A DNA stretch of 64,000 bases from Octopus vulgaris (lineage: Eukaryota), in the NCBI GenBank assembly GCA_951406725.2, contig OX597823.1, forward strand, positions 38,998,001 through 39,062,000. Reading direction: 5' to 3'. Every line of letters starts with the position of its first letter. Positions within the stretch are counted from its first letter, which is position 1. This document shows, in pieces, positions 40,296 to 55,100 of this stretch. Made by a program: the position numbers and the translations under genes. Below the pieces are notes generated by a model, which saw only the letters and a program-made list of their open reading frames with translations, was not told where the DNA came from and ran no database searches.

Positions 40296-43200
40296 GACAA
40301 TTTTTTCCTGTTTTATGCACTCCCCCAAACATGGTGTTTGTTAAAATCTTTGCTATTAATTTATTATATATTCATGCATGTATGAACAAGTTACTGAATT
40401 TTAGCATTTCTGCATTAGTTTGTTACAAGTTTTCATTTGTGTATAAGAACTTAATGCATTATTTTATGGGGGTTTGGTTAGTGAAGTTGAAGCCATTATC
40501 ATTATTTTACTTACTATAATTGGGAATATAAAATCTAAGACAATATACAGAACTGTTGGAAGATCAATTCATAAGTTTGTGGTATAGTTTAAAGGGACAA
40601 GGAGTAGTAGTAGTAGATACAGCTTACACATTGCTTACAAATTAGATCAAACCTTAATATAAACTTTTATCATTGTATTTCATTTGGTGGGGGAGGTTAA
40701 ATCTGTTTCATCCTATTAACTGATTATGATTTATCTTTGTTACACCTGTCAGTGTTTATTCTCCAGTTGTCTGGGTTGACAATTCTACATTTACTTATTG
40801 AGATATTAATATTGTATAGTCTATGCTACATTTTAGCTTTGAATTTTTAGTGTGCCTGTCTGAGACTAATTTTCAAGTGTTCTGTAATATAGTTTCTATT
40901 TTTAAAACCATTGCATCTTGCAAGTACTGTGTGGAAAACTAAATTCTTTTTAGAAAGAAAAGTGAAATACATAATCTCATGTTTTTGCCATCACAAGTGC
41001 TCTTCAGAGAATGGTTACAGATTCTTTGTGAGCATGTACAACACAATATTTGTTTTGGCTTCACATATGTCCATCTTCAGAGATAATGGTTATTGATTCT
41101 GATTACAGCACAATTTAATATCAAAGAAGTTGAGACAAACTTGGATTGTAAATTTTTGTTATAGAACAGAATTTTCTAACCTCTACTCATTTGGTTTTAG
41201 AAATGACAATAGAAGTATCATTAATGAACTAAATTGTAACCTCCAAGCAGCATAATTATTCTGTCCAAAACTTTTTTTTTTCAAACCTTATTCAAATTGA
41301 TTCTTGTATCTATTTTTACTGTGACTACACCATTTAATTTCAGTAAATACCTTTTAATTAGAGATTTGTATCACTATTGTTTTTAACTTGTTAAACAAAG
41401 TGTCCTTGACTGATATATCTTAAGTTGTTCAGGCTTACTAAGTTACTTAACAATTATAGTGTAACTGTTTTGGTGTTTTTCAGCTTTGCAAGATAGGATT
41501 CATGACGCATTGGTTCAGAACAATACTTTTGCAAAATGTGGCATATTGTCATTTAAAAACATGTGTGAGAGATAGTTTGTCCTCTCTCTTTCTCTCTCTC
41601 TGATATGAGGATGTTGATCCTGTATCAATGTGAGACATATATATTGGACATATGATGATGGTGTGTGTGTGTGTGTGACGGATATAATATAAAAGCCAAA
41701 ACAAGGCAAATTATAAAAATATGTCGGTTTTCTGCTATTTCAATATTTCAAGGTTAGGAACCCTTCATCACTTTTCTCTTAAGATTTTCTGCTGGTGCCA
41801 TAACCATGAAATACTGATAATTAAAGAAATAGGGTTCCTTCAAAAGTCATAGATTCATGGAGCTGGTTTTTGTGGGGTAAATATATTTTAACTCTTTCAT
41901 TACCTTATTTCTACTGAAATGCACTGCTTTTCAATTTTGAAAATAATGCGAAATTTAGTAAAATAACTTTATTATTGAATGTCACTTAAACATCTCCTTT
42001 ACCATGCTTGCATGAGTCAGACAGAATTTCTTGAGGTAGATTTTCTATGGTCAGACACACTTCCTGTCACCAACCCTCACCTGTTTCCAAGAAAGGTAAT
42101 ATTTCCCCATGGTCAGACATGTTTTTTGTAGCATATTGGAAATGAATGACACTAATTGTATGACAAGGACACTCATTTACAACTATAATATGATGTCAAG
42201 TCAAAGACACAAACTGAGCTTCTTTCTGTTTCCATCTACTGAATCAACCTGCAAAGCTTTAGTCAGCCCAAGGCTGCAGTAGACATTTGCCCTAAGTGCA
42301 ATGCAATGGGACTGAACCTGAAACCATATAGTTGGAAAACAATCTTAATTATACACCCACACCTGCACCAGAATAGCATAATCCTATGATGATGAAGGCA
42401 ATAACTGTATGACAAGCTTAATTGATCCGATTAACTGAAGTCTTGTTCTCTTTTTATTTCCCCGCACATGTGGTTGGAATGGGTCTAGGAGAGTATTGGT
42501 TGAAACACCCAATCATTTGACATGATTTAATAACATCAGTTCCTCTTGATTAAAGCTACAGTCACACACACAGAGAAAAGCAGCAGCTTTTAGATGTAAT
42601 CAGTCTCAAAGTTCAGCAACATGACCTTTTTAATCCGTTATTTACTATAGCCAGCCTCTATCAAAACATTACTTAACATCAAATGGACAACTCTGTTGGG
42701 CTTATGTCCACACACTAATTTCTTTAGATATTGCAGTTATATTGATATCCAATACTATAGATTCAGTAATGGTCAAATTATCTACTCTTGGATAACACTG
42801 CATTAGCTGAAGCTTTTAACTTACTATGATTTTTAAAAAATCACTTGACTAGCACAATTAGTATTGTCATCTTCGGATGCGTTACTGAGAATGAAAGTTA
42901 GGTTTTCCTTACATTTGATAGAGGGTGTGTTTTGTTTTTTTATTTTTATAGACTATATTTTAAAATAATACACAATTACTATGATGTTGCACTTTATGAA
43001 AATAATAAGGAAGGAAAAAGTATCAAGTTAAAGTAGATGAAAGGAAATAAATACAGAGTTGGCATTTCCTGTGAGACTTTGTCATGCTGGAAAACCTCAC
43101 CCACCCTCAGAGGGAACCATTGGGCCTCACAATCAAAGCTGTGATACTTTTTGAAAAGCAATTAAGACACAATTTTCTCTCATGAATCTGAATTCTATTT

Positions 43201-44238
43201 CAAAATGATCTATTAGATACAAATTTGATCTGGCCAGGCTCTGGTTTGCTTTGCTAAACTGAATGGATTTGTGTCATCACATACTCTTTTTCATTTGACT
43301 TTTTCCTTGCCCATCCCTCTTGTATATTGTTACTGCCAGGAAATTGTTCAAGATACTAGGTTTTATTGTTGGTTCATCTCTTTTAATAGAATCTTGGTGT
43401 TAATACCAAGAATGTAGGTCTTTGAAATTGCCTCATCTAATCTACCTTAGGACTCCTAAGTGATAATCTTTGATAAATTCTAAATCATTTCTACTGTATT
43501 TTTTATCTCAGCATTATTCCATTTTCATATTTAACCATTTTTTAAAATTAGAAGTTCTTTATCTTTTTGAAATAAATTTGTGATTGTTTAGTAACTAAAA
43601 CAATAATCAGCTTCTTGGAAATATTTAAACTTCTATTTTTAACTGAAAAACAGAAAATGTTTTTTTTGTCTCCTGTCTATTTGACACTGTCAGTTTAAAT
43701 TAAGTTTTAACCTTTTTTTTTCAGAACTTCATTTTTTACTGCTAAAAAATTCAGTTTTTACCTAAATTTGATTTGATGTTCAAGTCCTTTTTGATTTAAA
43801 AAAGTGTCTGAGTTTATCAACTTAAATTACGTCAGTATAGTATATAAAAAAAGGGTTTAATAGAAACAAAACTTAAAATACAATCTGCATTGTAGTTGAT
43901 ATAATAAAGAAATTTATGTATTTGGTCTATTTAACACAGCCGCACTGGTATGTAGAAGTTCTGTTATAGTGTTTCATGAGGCTTCTTCATTATTCTTGAC
44001 ATTCATTAAAAACTTAAGGCGGTTGACTTGTTTTTTTTTAAAACATTTTTCTTTGTTTTGGCCATTTTTCAGAGAAAAGTTATTTAATTTGTGCTGTCTG
44101 TATTGGTTATCTTCATTATGTATGAGATTAGTTACCTAAGACTATTTAATTTTCCACTTTAACCCTTTCGTTACTAACGTTAATTTTCCACGTTAAAATA
44201 TTTCTTAGCTAGGAAGTTCTTTAGAATTTTTTTTTATG

Positions 44239-44453
44239 TTAACCTTTTAGCATTCAAACTGGCCATATCCTGCCTAAATATTTTACCTCCTTTTATGTTC
44301 AAACCATCCAAATCCAGCCTCTTACACCTACCCTACAATATCATTTTGAAAGGGTCCCATCACAAAAATCTCACAATTACAAAATATGTGGCTAATTCAA
44401 AACAATGTAAATAAGCATTACATTTGACAGTATTCTGAATACTAAAGGGTTAA
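44239..44453. mobile_element. piggyBac-type MITE, family A
   Basis: TTAACCTTTTAGCATTC...GAATACTAAAGGGTTAA. Confidence 0.82.
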
Positions 44454-47007
44454 TCATAGACTGAAAAGTTAGCAATTTTTATATCCTGCTAATAATAGAA
44501 TTTCCTATTAAGTATTCAGGTCCTGTTCCAGAACAACATTACACTTCTGATTAAAAGAAAGTTGTCCTTTGCAGTTTGAGTGCTTAATGTGAAGATTGGT
44601 ATCTATCCTTAAAATGTTTGCTGTCATTATGAAATAATGCATGGGAAAAATGTCTTTCTAGTTTTTACACAAATTTTCCACTTTTTAAATATTTTGACCC
44701 TGGCTAATTTCCTGCCCTAAAATTATCTAAATGGAAACCTTCCATCAAGAGTTTGTATGTTCCAAACACCAGATGTAAAAATGAAGTTATTTTACTAACT
44801 TCATGATTTTCAAAATTAATTAAAATAAAGACAGTCAGTTTTAAACAAATATGGTAATAAAAGGATTAAATGTTCATATGGAGAAGTCGTTAAAATTTCT
44901 ATAAAATTTATACCAGATATTTCTATTTTGGTTGGTAATTTACTATCTGCTACTGAAGAACTGGCTTCTAGTTGGCAAGTTGTATATGGATCCTAATGCT
45001 CTTATACTTTAAAGCATAGGTACCTATTAATACCTTTTCTTTTACAGTAGACAAATGGCTTATTTTCAATACTCAGCCACTTAATGATCAATTACTCTAG
45101 ATTTATTTTGGTTACTTTCTAAATCCTCTTATTGCTGATTAATGTTTCATTTTCAATAGAAGCCCAGTCTTTCTTTATCCAAATATTATCATAACTAAAC
45201 TGCAAGTAGTAAAAGTATACTTATAATTATATTATAATAACTATTGGATTTTTTTCTGTTTGATTACTCCACCCAAATGACTTCATATTTGATGTAACTG
45301 TTTCAGCATGTATATAAAGTTTTATTCTGCATTGACTCTTCAAAGTACACCCTTAACTTTAGTCTAACTCCATCTTCGCCATCTTTAAGGGCTGATGAAC
45401 AATATTGACTTCACCCTTAAGAACTGGTTTACAGTCATTAGATAAAACAAATGAATTTTATTACCATTATCATTTTCTTGCCATATTTCTGGTTGAAATA
45501 CGTGTTTTGATTAATTTTTAAAATTAACGAAGACTTTAAAATGTCATTAAGCTGGTGTTTGGAACATCAATTAACTCAGAACTTTGGAAGATTTTTAGAT
45601 CACTTTAAAACAATGTATCATAGAACCAAGAGCAACCTGATGTAGGTAGATATCAAAGGGGGTTCTGCAGTGTTCAGCTAGGTTCATCGAGATTCTATAA
45701 TTAAATTGTATCTCTGCCTTTCATTCTTTGAACTGATAAAACGTCTTGAGAACTGAGCCCAATTTAATCAACTACTCACTTACTATCCCTAGCTAACTTA
45801 TAATTCATTATTTTGAGAAGTGGTAGTTATGGATTAAATACCCTTGTTCTCAGTTCAAAATTCCATTCAAGTCAATTTTGGCTTTCATTCATCATGGATC
45901 AATGAAATAAGCTTAGGGATTTATTGCTTTGGGTTAATGAAATCCATTTAGATCTGAATGACAGTTTTGAAAAGCAAATTTAACTGTAAAGCTATTTACT
46001 ACATAAGATAAAACTGAAAGTCTACGTGCTCCAGCATGGCTGCAGTCAAGTGACTGAAAAAAGTAAAAGAAAATTCTGCTCATGCTCACAAGTTGCTTAT
46101 TCAATTGTTTATTGTGGCCATTATCTTATAAGTCAAGTTTATACTGATGTTGAACTTCATAAAAACTTGGCTAATCTAAAACATCAGTTCATAAATACTT
46201 TTCATGTGGGTGTGGCTCAAACTTTGAAAAATGTTAAAGTTATCTTTGCGAACTATTTCTAATAGAAGATATTGTCATCTTAATTTCTGAGAACTAAGGC
46301 AGGTTACTTCAGCTAACTTTTACAGCTTCAGCTTTCATCAGTGATTACTTTTCCCTACTGAAAATTGTTTTATCTAATTATTATCACTTCCGACACCACC
46401 CACATCAACAGGCTTTTAGGTTGGAGGAGGCAGGAAAGTTGAGAAATTGTTTATCTTCCTTTTCCTTTTAAAAATCCATCAACCATGTTTGGATTGCTAT
46501 GAACTATGAAGCAAAATAATTTAAGGCCCCCATCTCAGACTATTCCTGTTAATGTTCACCAGCATAATGTACCCATATCTTTTCCTGTTGGTAAAACTTA
46601 GTTGCTTGAAAAAATGAAATCTGAAACCATTTCCCTCCTTTCGTCCCACTCCCACCCGGCAAGCAAATTTCTAAGCTGTTACTATCCAATATGGCTGTTG
46701 TTAAATGGTTACAGTTAAGATTGCTATGAACAATATCTTCAGTCTACAGTTGTAAATGACTAAATTTCAATATTTTAAATGAGTATTTTGCATTTCCTAC
46801 TGCCATCATTTATAACGTTGTCTAGCTGCATTTTTTCTTCTTTCTCTCTCTCTTTATTGAATTCTTTTTCCCATGAAAAACGATGGTTTGAATGACTTTT
46901 TAAACTCCAATATTCACATAAATTGTAGTTGTCCCTTCATTCCTTAATTCCTTAACATTAACCAGTCAGTTGTGAACTGAAACTAGAATGTTAGATTATT
47001 CAACATT

Positions 47008-47219
47008 TTAACCCTTTTGAAACCAACCTGCCTTAAACCATCTATGGTACAGACTGATAAAGACTTCTTTAAATTAAGATTAAAACTTTCCATTAAAATT
47101 TCATGCTAATTTATGTTCCAAATACCAGCTTAATTTTGTTTTACTAAATTCTTTATTTGCAAAATTAATTGAATCAAAGGCAGTGTATTTTCACAGAAAT
47201 ACAGTAGCAGAAGGGTTAA
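47008..47219. mobile_element. piggyBac-type MITE, family B (reverse copies ~38874-39083 and ~33632-33822)
   Basis: TTAACCCTTTTGA...GCAGAAGGGTTAA termini; shared interior (GTTCCAAATACCAGCTTAAT). Confidence 0.75.
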
Positions 47220-47407
47220 TATTTTAATTTTGGTTCAAAGCCCACACATTTGAGTAGTGTGGGGTTAGTTAACATTGGCCTCCCGTACTGGACAATATTA
47301 AATATCACTTACAAAAAATACCAATGATGGCATTAAAAAAATTTCACTAATTTCTTTTTCTTTTATTTGGAGTAATTTGGATAAGTTTATTATCTCTAGT
47401 TTTGCAC

Positions 47408-47635
47408 TTAACCCTTTAGCATTCAAACCGGCCATATCTGGCCAAAATATTTAACATGTTTTATATTGAAACTGACCAGATCTCACCTCTCACCTCAGCC
47501 CTACCATGTCATTCTAAAACTAAAAAATCACATCACCGAAATCTCTAAACTACAAGATAATGCATGATTAATTCAAACCATTTTAAATAAACAAACATCA
47601 CATTTGACAGAATAATCTGAACACTAAAGGGTTAA
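47408..47635. mobile_element. piggyBac-type MITE, family A
   Basis: TTAA-CCCTTTAG...CTAAAGGG-TTAA termini; same internal sequence as the other copies. Confidence 0.85.
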
Positions 47636-49131
47636 AGGACCACTACATGATAAAGTTAGTCATGATCAATAATCTGGATAAACTAAACCTTTACCTAAAG
47701 ACAATTTTAGAATGGATGATTGAAGAGTATGTAACATTGTCACAGAAAATAAAACTGAACAGCTAGTTGTATATACAGTGACTTGTTACATGTTTCTAAT
47801 TCTCTTTTTCCAAATGATTAAGCTGAAATTAAACTCCTGTTGTACTGAAATTTGAGTTGAGGAAGTCTAATCGGAGATTTGTAATTAGTCTCACAAGTGA
47901 CTTGATATGAAGCTATTGAAATTGATTTTAAAATCAAGGAACACAAAACTATAAATTCACTTTAAACAGCTCTGTGTATTATTAAATTACTTCCACCTAA
48001 TTCAGGGAGTTAGGCTCTTAATTAAATGACTGTAGTCTCATTTAACATTTTAAATGACTTGAAATTTAAAGCTTTGTGTATCATCAGATGACTCTAATTT
48101 GAGGAGTTTTGATATAAATGTTGATGCATGTTACATTGTCAGATTAAAAACGGTCATAGATTTAAGTATAAAGTAACCATTGTTTTGATCTCTGCGTCTT
48201 GTGTTGCTGTGTGCATGTGAATGTAGTTTCTCAGGTGGCCAAATCACAGCTCACATTTTTGAAGAATATGCCATTACCTTTGTCATTTATGGCAATTCAT
48301 GATTATCTTGGACTATTTATCCTAAAGTGTTGCTACTACTGGCCAAAATATACAATTTAGATATGTTTTTTTGTAATATTTTGAAAACTCGGATATCCAC
48401 TAGTTACTTACTGTGTGAACAATCAATGAAAGACTGTAAAACACAAGTTATCTCAGACTTAAGAGAAGATAACTAACTATAAAGCTACTGAAATAGATAT
48501 CTACTTGTCATTGTTAGATAAAATTTAAAAGGTTTGTATTGGAAACAAAGTGAACAAATGAAGTACTTGTTAAGTACTTAACACTCGTTAATTTTGTCTG
48601 TAGTGGGTTTGATAATTCTGTAAAAATATTCCTGTGTTTGTAAATGATTACAAGACTAGTCAATTATTGTTGCTTGTCTGTTCTCATGTGAACCACTGGA
48701 AAGGAAAATGGAAGGCTGCGACTTTTGTTATCAGCTTCAAATTTTGATTGGCATAAATTATCATTACGTAGGCTACAAAACATAATTGTATATCATTTCA
48801 AACCTTTGCAATGTCTTGGTGAAAGTTTACCAAATACAGGAGTCATGTTTTGGATCATGATAACTCTTGGTAATTTGATAAATACAAATTGTCATGAAGT
48901 TACCTGAATGTTTGAACCTGGTTCCATGCTTTGTTGGTTGGAATATCTTGAAAATTCAAACATTCATAAATTGTTGGTGTCAGCAATACATCATAACTTT
49001 AACCATCCAACTGGGAAGTGAAATTGAAACTTAATTGTATCTTGGTTTGGGCTGAGAATTTTTTCTTCCCTCTATAGAACATCTTGGATAATCACATAAC
49101 TATTATTGAACTTGGAATTGTAATCTATATC

Positions 49132-49480
49132 ATTATTTACAATGGATGGATAGGTGTCCCCATCTTGTTTGTTATTTTTCAGCATATGTACTCTCCAGCC
49201 TTCATCAGGTGTTCTGGTGGAATTTCGAACCCAACCTTTTGACTAATGGGGTACACTTCTCATTCCTAAGGTATGTTGCTGATGTTATTTTACTGTTGAT
49301 AGCAGGGACTTGAAAGATATCAACAGAAAAACATCAGCAACATACCTTAGGAATGAGAAGTGTACCCCATTAGTCAAATGGTTGGGTTTGAAATTCCACC
49401 AGAACACCTGATGAAGGCTGGATAGTAGATCTGCTGATAAATAACAAGATGGGGTTACCTATCCGTCCATTGTAAATAAT
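49132..49480. repeat. Intronic fold-back, ~165-bp arms, decayed hammerhead cores
   Basis: 49132-49301 vs 49318-49480; CTGATGAAGGCTGG at 49408 (+) and in the mirror position (-). Confidence 0.9.
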
Positions 49481-51982
49481 ATCCATAATCCCTCATCTCA
49501 AAAATATAGAATAGTATAATCTGTAATAAGAATCCATTTAGTCTGACATTGGTATATTTAGAACAAAAATATATTTGGTTGTGTTGATCTAAAGTTTATT
49601 TTTCAAAAAGTAGTTAGCTCTCATTTGGACTGTCTGTTAAGATGACATTTGCTATAAATGTCAAATTATAAACTGTTTATATGGCCAGTTATATACAAAT
49701 TCTTTCAATATCAGCTTTCATGATGATAGATATAATAATAAAAGTAGATGTAATAAAAGTTCTTTTTAGGATATTATCACTACATATTCACTTTGTTTCT
49801 TTTAAATTAGGGCTACTTTCTAATACTCCAACAAATATTGCAGACTTTTCTTTCTATCCCGCCATCTTTCATTCCAGTGTAGGGTGTGAGTAAATTATAA
49901 GAGCTGACTCACTCGCTTGTTCTATCCCTGCCATGAGCCTAGCTAGTCATTAGTACCCTTCCTATCCAGCTAGAATTTAATGCCTACTCCCATAATCCTT
50001 ACTAATAACTGCTAATTTAGCTAAACACTAAACTGATAGTAAATTGGGTGGGTTTATTTTATTTTTTGCCTCCACACCATAACCCGGAAACAGTATATAT
50101 CTTAAAGTATTTTGACAAATTTTTACTGAACTTAATATATATATATATATATTTTTTTTTACTACAGTTCCTATTTTTGACATGCCTTATTGCCTAGTCT
50201 TACTTTCGTGTCTTCATTGTAGCTGTTAATAAATTCGTTTTGACTAGCATTTGAAAAAGGAAAAAAATTGTGCTTTAATTAGACTTATTTGAAAAGCATG
50301 TAGTGTGACTTTTGTATGCATGACAAGTAGTCTGCACAGACACAGACATGTTTTTGGTCTTTTTACATTGAGGGCAGTTGTTCTGACAAACGCTCTATTT
50401 ATTATTGGGGCTATAGTAGCAGCAGATCTGTACTCTTCTATGATAATAAATGCTATAACAAATCTTTGTGTGTCAGTGTGTCACACTTTGAACCTACCCT
50501 TCACTAGTCAATGACACCTCTATTCCTTATGTTCGGGTGAAAGTAATAGTAGGCAATAGACAGTGAGGTCGGTAGTAGATTGAAGGTTGTGATGGTTATG
50601 GGGGGTGATAGTAATAGTATGAGCTGTAGTTGTAATAGAGGTGGAGGTGATGATGATGATGGTGGTGGAAACCGAGGCAGTCAGGGATAATGGTGATAGT
50701 AAGCAATGTGAAAGATAGTGGTGGAGGGGAAGGCGGCGAAGTCAAAGGTATTGATGTGGTGACATCAGACATCTGAATGGTGTATGGCAGTTGTGGTGGC
50801 GATGGTGGATGGTACTTGTGATGTTGATGGTTGAAAACAACAGAAAGAGGTTAGATAGAAAAAATACTGTACTGAAACTTCAAATGGAAAGACAAAAAGT
50901 GTTTATCATTCAGATTTTCAATAAATTCCAAGTTGATTAATTATATCATTGTTTTGATGAAAATTGTTCATTGCTTGAAAAATATTGGTCAAGTTTAATG
51001 AAATTTAATATGTACTCAATGCATGAAGTGTTATTGTTGGGCCCAAAACCCAATGAAGAGCCCTCCACAGCTAGTCTAATATGAATTTGAAAAAGAAAAG
51101 GTTATGGTTTCACAGCTGCTAAATATTAGGAGTACTGGGTTTTTCAGAGTGTTGATTGGCATGTCACAACTAAATCTCCACTTTGTAATCTAGACACCAT
51201 GTCAGTATCCATATATGTGGATACTGTTGACAGGTTTCTGAAGTAATAAGGGTAAAAAAACTATATCAGTCACTTAAGTTTGAGGTCACACAAGCTGTGA
51301 TAGTAGCTGAACTTAGAAGTTTGTATAGAATTTAAATTGTGTTGACTACTCAGCCCTGATTCAGCAGATATGATCAATAGTGGCCATTCAAGATAACATT
51401 TGTCATTTCTTGCTTAACCTTTTAGCATTTAAGCTGACCCTATCCAGCCCAAATATTGTTTTATGTTCAAACTGACTGGATCTAATCTATCACACCTACT
51501 GTACAACCAACGTCATTCTAAAAATAGTCACATCATTGAAGTCTTGAAGCTACAAGATAATGCATGACTAATTCAAAATAATGTGAATAAGTAGCATGTT
51601 AGACAGTTGAGGGAGAACTAGTTGCTGTCTCAAGCACACTAGTTGGATCTGTATTTCTTTTATAAAACAAAGAGTAATGTTAATGCAGTATTTTCCTAAC
51701 AATCTCTATTTAAATATTTCTAACCAAACTCAAGGATCTTGCACTAAAATATTTTTAATTCTATCATTTTAGGATTTCAGTGGCAAAAATGAGTGAATGC
51801 AGATCAAATTTGTTAACCTTTGACATTAGAAGATATTTAAGTCTTGTATTTCTAAGAGAATGATTCATAGTATGCACTGTATCTTGCATACAGATTAAAA
51901 TACATCTCTATCTACTGTTTTGTCAAGCTAATTAACACTAACATTGAAGTGAAGTAACTATTCACAAGTGTTGACTTGTAAC

Positions 51983-52150
51983 CAGGGCTGTGGAGTCAGT
52001 CAGAAACAAGGGGTAGCTGGAGTCGGAGTCAGTTATAACATATCGGCCTATTCTAAGTACAAGCATATGCTTTGAGATATGTAGACTAAAATCACTTAAT
52101 TACATAGAGGAATCAGTCAGTTTTTTGTTTCGACTCAGCAGTCCTCCCTG
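51983..52150. mobile_element. hAT-type MITE, 168 bp
   Basis: CAGGG...CCCTG ends, GGAGTC subterminal repeats, perfect 8-bp TSD CTTGTAAC at 51975-51982 and 52151-52158. Confidence 0.85.
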
Positions 52151-55100
52151 CTTGTAACTGAAGCAATGGTTTATTAAAATTTGACTATATAAATCAATAA
52201 TGCATGTTTGGGGCAGGGGTTCAACTGGCTGCTCCACATGTTGCAATTTGGGGTGTAGTTTTAGATAGTGGATTAGCTGAAACCATAATTTTCAACCAAG
52301 AGTACGTTTACTACTGTAGGGTTAAAATTTACATGGCATTGTGTAAATATAATATACCAGGTCATACATGATCTAAAGTTTATTACAAACTATTTTCAAC
52401 ATTACACAATCACCTGGGTATATGACAAAAGCATAAAATGTGACAACTTCTATGTTATTTAGTTTGTATGTATGTATGCATGTGTATTTATGTGGAATTA
52501 ATGAGATAAACGATGAAATACATGAAGCTGAGATGAGTAAGGGTGACAGAAACTGAGAATTACTGGAATAAAGCAATAGATTGTAATTGGGTTAGGGATC
52601 TAACATATTTTGAACATACATTGCATACATGAGCCTTTGTTTTCTCAATATTCTTAGGATGTACTTGGTGGTTATCATACAAGACTAGTTTCTGATCAGG
52701 ATTATATTATGGAATTATTTAACCAGGAATGGCTGTGTGGTTAAGTTCACTTCCCAAGTACATGGTGTCAGGTTCAATCTCATTGTACAATATCTTGAGC
52801 AGTTGCTTTCTATGACTCGAGACTGACCACAGCCAGAAGTACAGGAGTAGCTATGTGGAAATGATGTAGTTTCAGATTCAGTTCTGTTGCACAGTACTTA
52901 GGGCAAGTGTCTACTATAGCTCCAGACTGGCCAAAGCCTTATGAATGGATTTGCTGGATGAAGACAAATGTACGTTTATTTACATTTGTGCTACTGTGAA
53001 AATTGTAAAATACAAGTGATATTTCTCTTAACAGATTGCTGGCTTTGTGCCTTTGAAGACATAGGAAATAAGATTGAGAAAACTGGCAAAGCTGTGTAAA
53101 AAGGACATTTGGCTGTAAAGCATTGTCTCAGTAATATATACATTTACCTCATGTTAGCATAGAAAAACAAGTAAAAGCAAATAACAATCTTTCCTTAATA
53201 GAAACTCCAAGTTAATATATATTTCTTCTAAAGAATGGAAGTTGATGAAACACGTATGCAAATACAGATGAAATACTCTATTAAATTTGTATAAAGTTAT
53301 ATGAATTCTTTCAAAGCAGAAGACTGTTATGTGACCTTATGACATGGGCAGTGAGTTTAATATCACCTATGGATAGTGTGAGAAATACAATTCATTGTTG
53401 TTTGAAGAGGAAGATATTTTTTTGAAATATCTTTCAAATTTATTCCCAATTATTGCTCAATAATTTGTTTCTTTGTATAGCTAAGTTTGTGATTTGTTGG
53501 TAGAAATGAAGCCTAGGCTGTAAAGCTGAGGTACTGACTAAGTTTTAAGACGATTCCCATATGCTGGGAATTTTTAGCAAAATAAACAGTAAAACAGTTG
53601 AATTTGAAAGCAAAACCTGCTCAATCACTTGAAAATGTGTGAATTATTATACTGCATTTTCCTTATATTTCTGTGTGACAGTTTTGATGTGCCTTTATAG
53701 CCAATTTTAAAATACAAACTTATTTTTCAAGTTTGTAAATTCCATGCCAATCAACTTTTTGATCTATAAATCATGTTCCTTTCATATTATACTCACATCA
53801 ATTAATTTTAGTTATTTTCTTTGGTGATGGTGGGGGGTTGTGTGTGTGTGTATCTAATTACATACATGATCAAAGTTTATTACTGTATTACAAATGAGAG
53901 AGCCTACCATAAGTATACCTACAATATCGTTTAAACATTTCTCTCTCTTAACCTTGCTGCCATCATTCAAGGGAAACAAGTTATTGGATGCTCACTCTCT
54001 AATATCTGAAGTTAACAAAAACCTAAGTTCATTCCTCTTTATCTCTGATCATATCTTTTCTCTTTAGTCATTTGACAAGTTCCTACAAAGTATGAATGGC
54101 TTAATATAAACTGAAGGTTTTTGTAGCCATATATTTAAAGCTAAATATATGTATTTACGCAGCTAGACTTTGTAAATACACCCACCCACTCGCAGTAAGT
54201 TAGTGGCTAGTTAAATAACAGATTTCAGCTATTAAATTGATTGTTGCCTAAGTGCTGTTATAATGGAATTATGGAAAGTAAAACAATGTTAGGAACATCC
54301 TTTCAATGTCTTGTTTCTGAAGTTTGTGTACATTTATGAGAAATTTTCTTTCATTAGGATTTTTGTTCAATGTTTCAATAATGCATTTAGTGTAGAAATC
54401 TATAGAGTACAACCGGAGTTACAGCTTACTGCTATTCTACGAGTACAGTCCACCTCTTAGAAGCATGTGTATTTTATATTTCATTCTTACCACACTAGAT
54501 CATTAATTGTTGCCATTTTTTATCTATCTACATTTTGTTTGAAGAGGAAGGGCCATTGTCTACAGACGTATTGCTCTACCTCCAACACTGGTGGTATAAA
54601 TTGGGGGAATAAATCAGATTGCGAGTTATTCTCAAACCAAAGATCATCTGAATACTTGCAACAAAGTGATTGGACTCTGGTAAATCAACCAGGTTGTCAT
54701 GTGCAACTGGATGATTAAGTCTAAATGATGATGAATTATTATTTAAATGTCCATTTTCCATTCTGGCAACTGCAGGTCAGTTTGGCAGGACCCAACAAGC
54801 CAGAAGACTGTGCCACGCTCTAAAGACACTAATACAATTTTAGCCAAATTTAGGGTGAAATCACATATTTACTATAATTTAATGAAATTATAAACTTATT
54901 TATTTAATTACACACCACATGCAGTGTCATATTTTCTTGATTTTTCTTTCGTCACTTAACATGTCATCACACCAGACATATAACAGCATTTTAAAATATC
55001 ACACCATATGCTAGTGTAAAGCCATCTTCCAATCACACTGTTTCTAGGATTTTTCATGACTATTGAGGGATTTTTGCTATGATTTCCAGCTGTTTGAGCA

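Noticed and set aside
51773-51800. Candidate futsch exon 2 (ttttag|GATTTCAGTGG, G-F-Q-W)
   Set aside because: In-frame TGA follows within three codons. Acceptors at ~33661, ~37371 and ~61421 also hit early stops.
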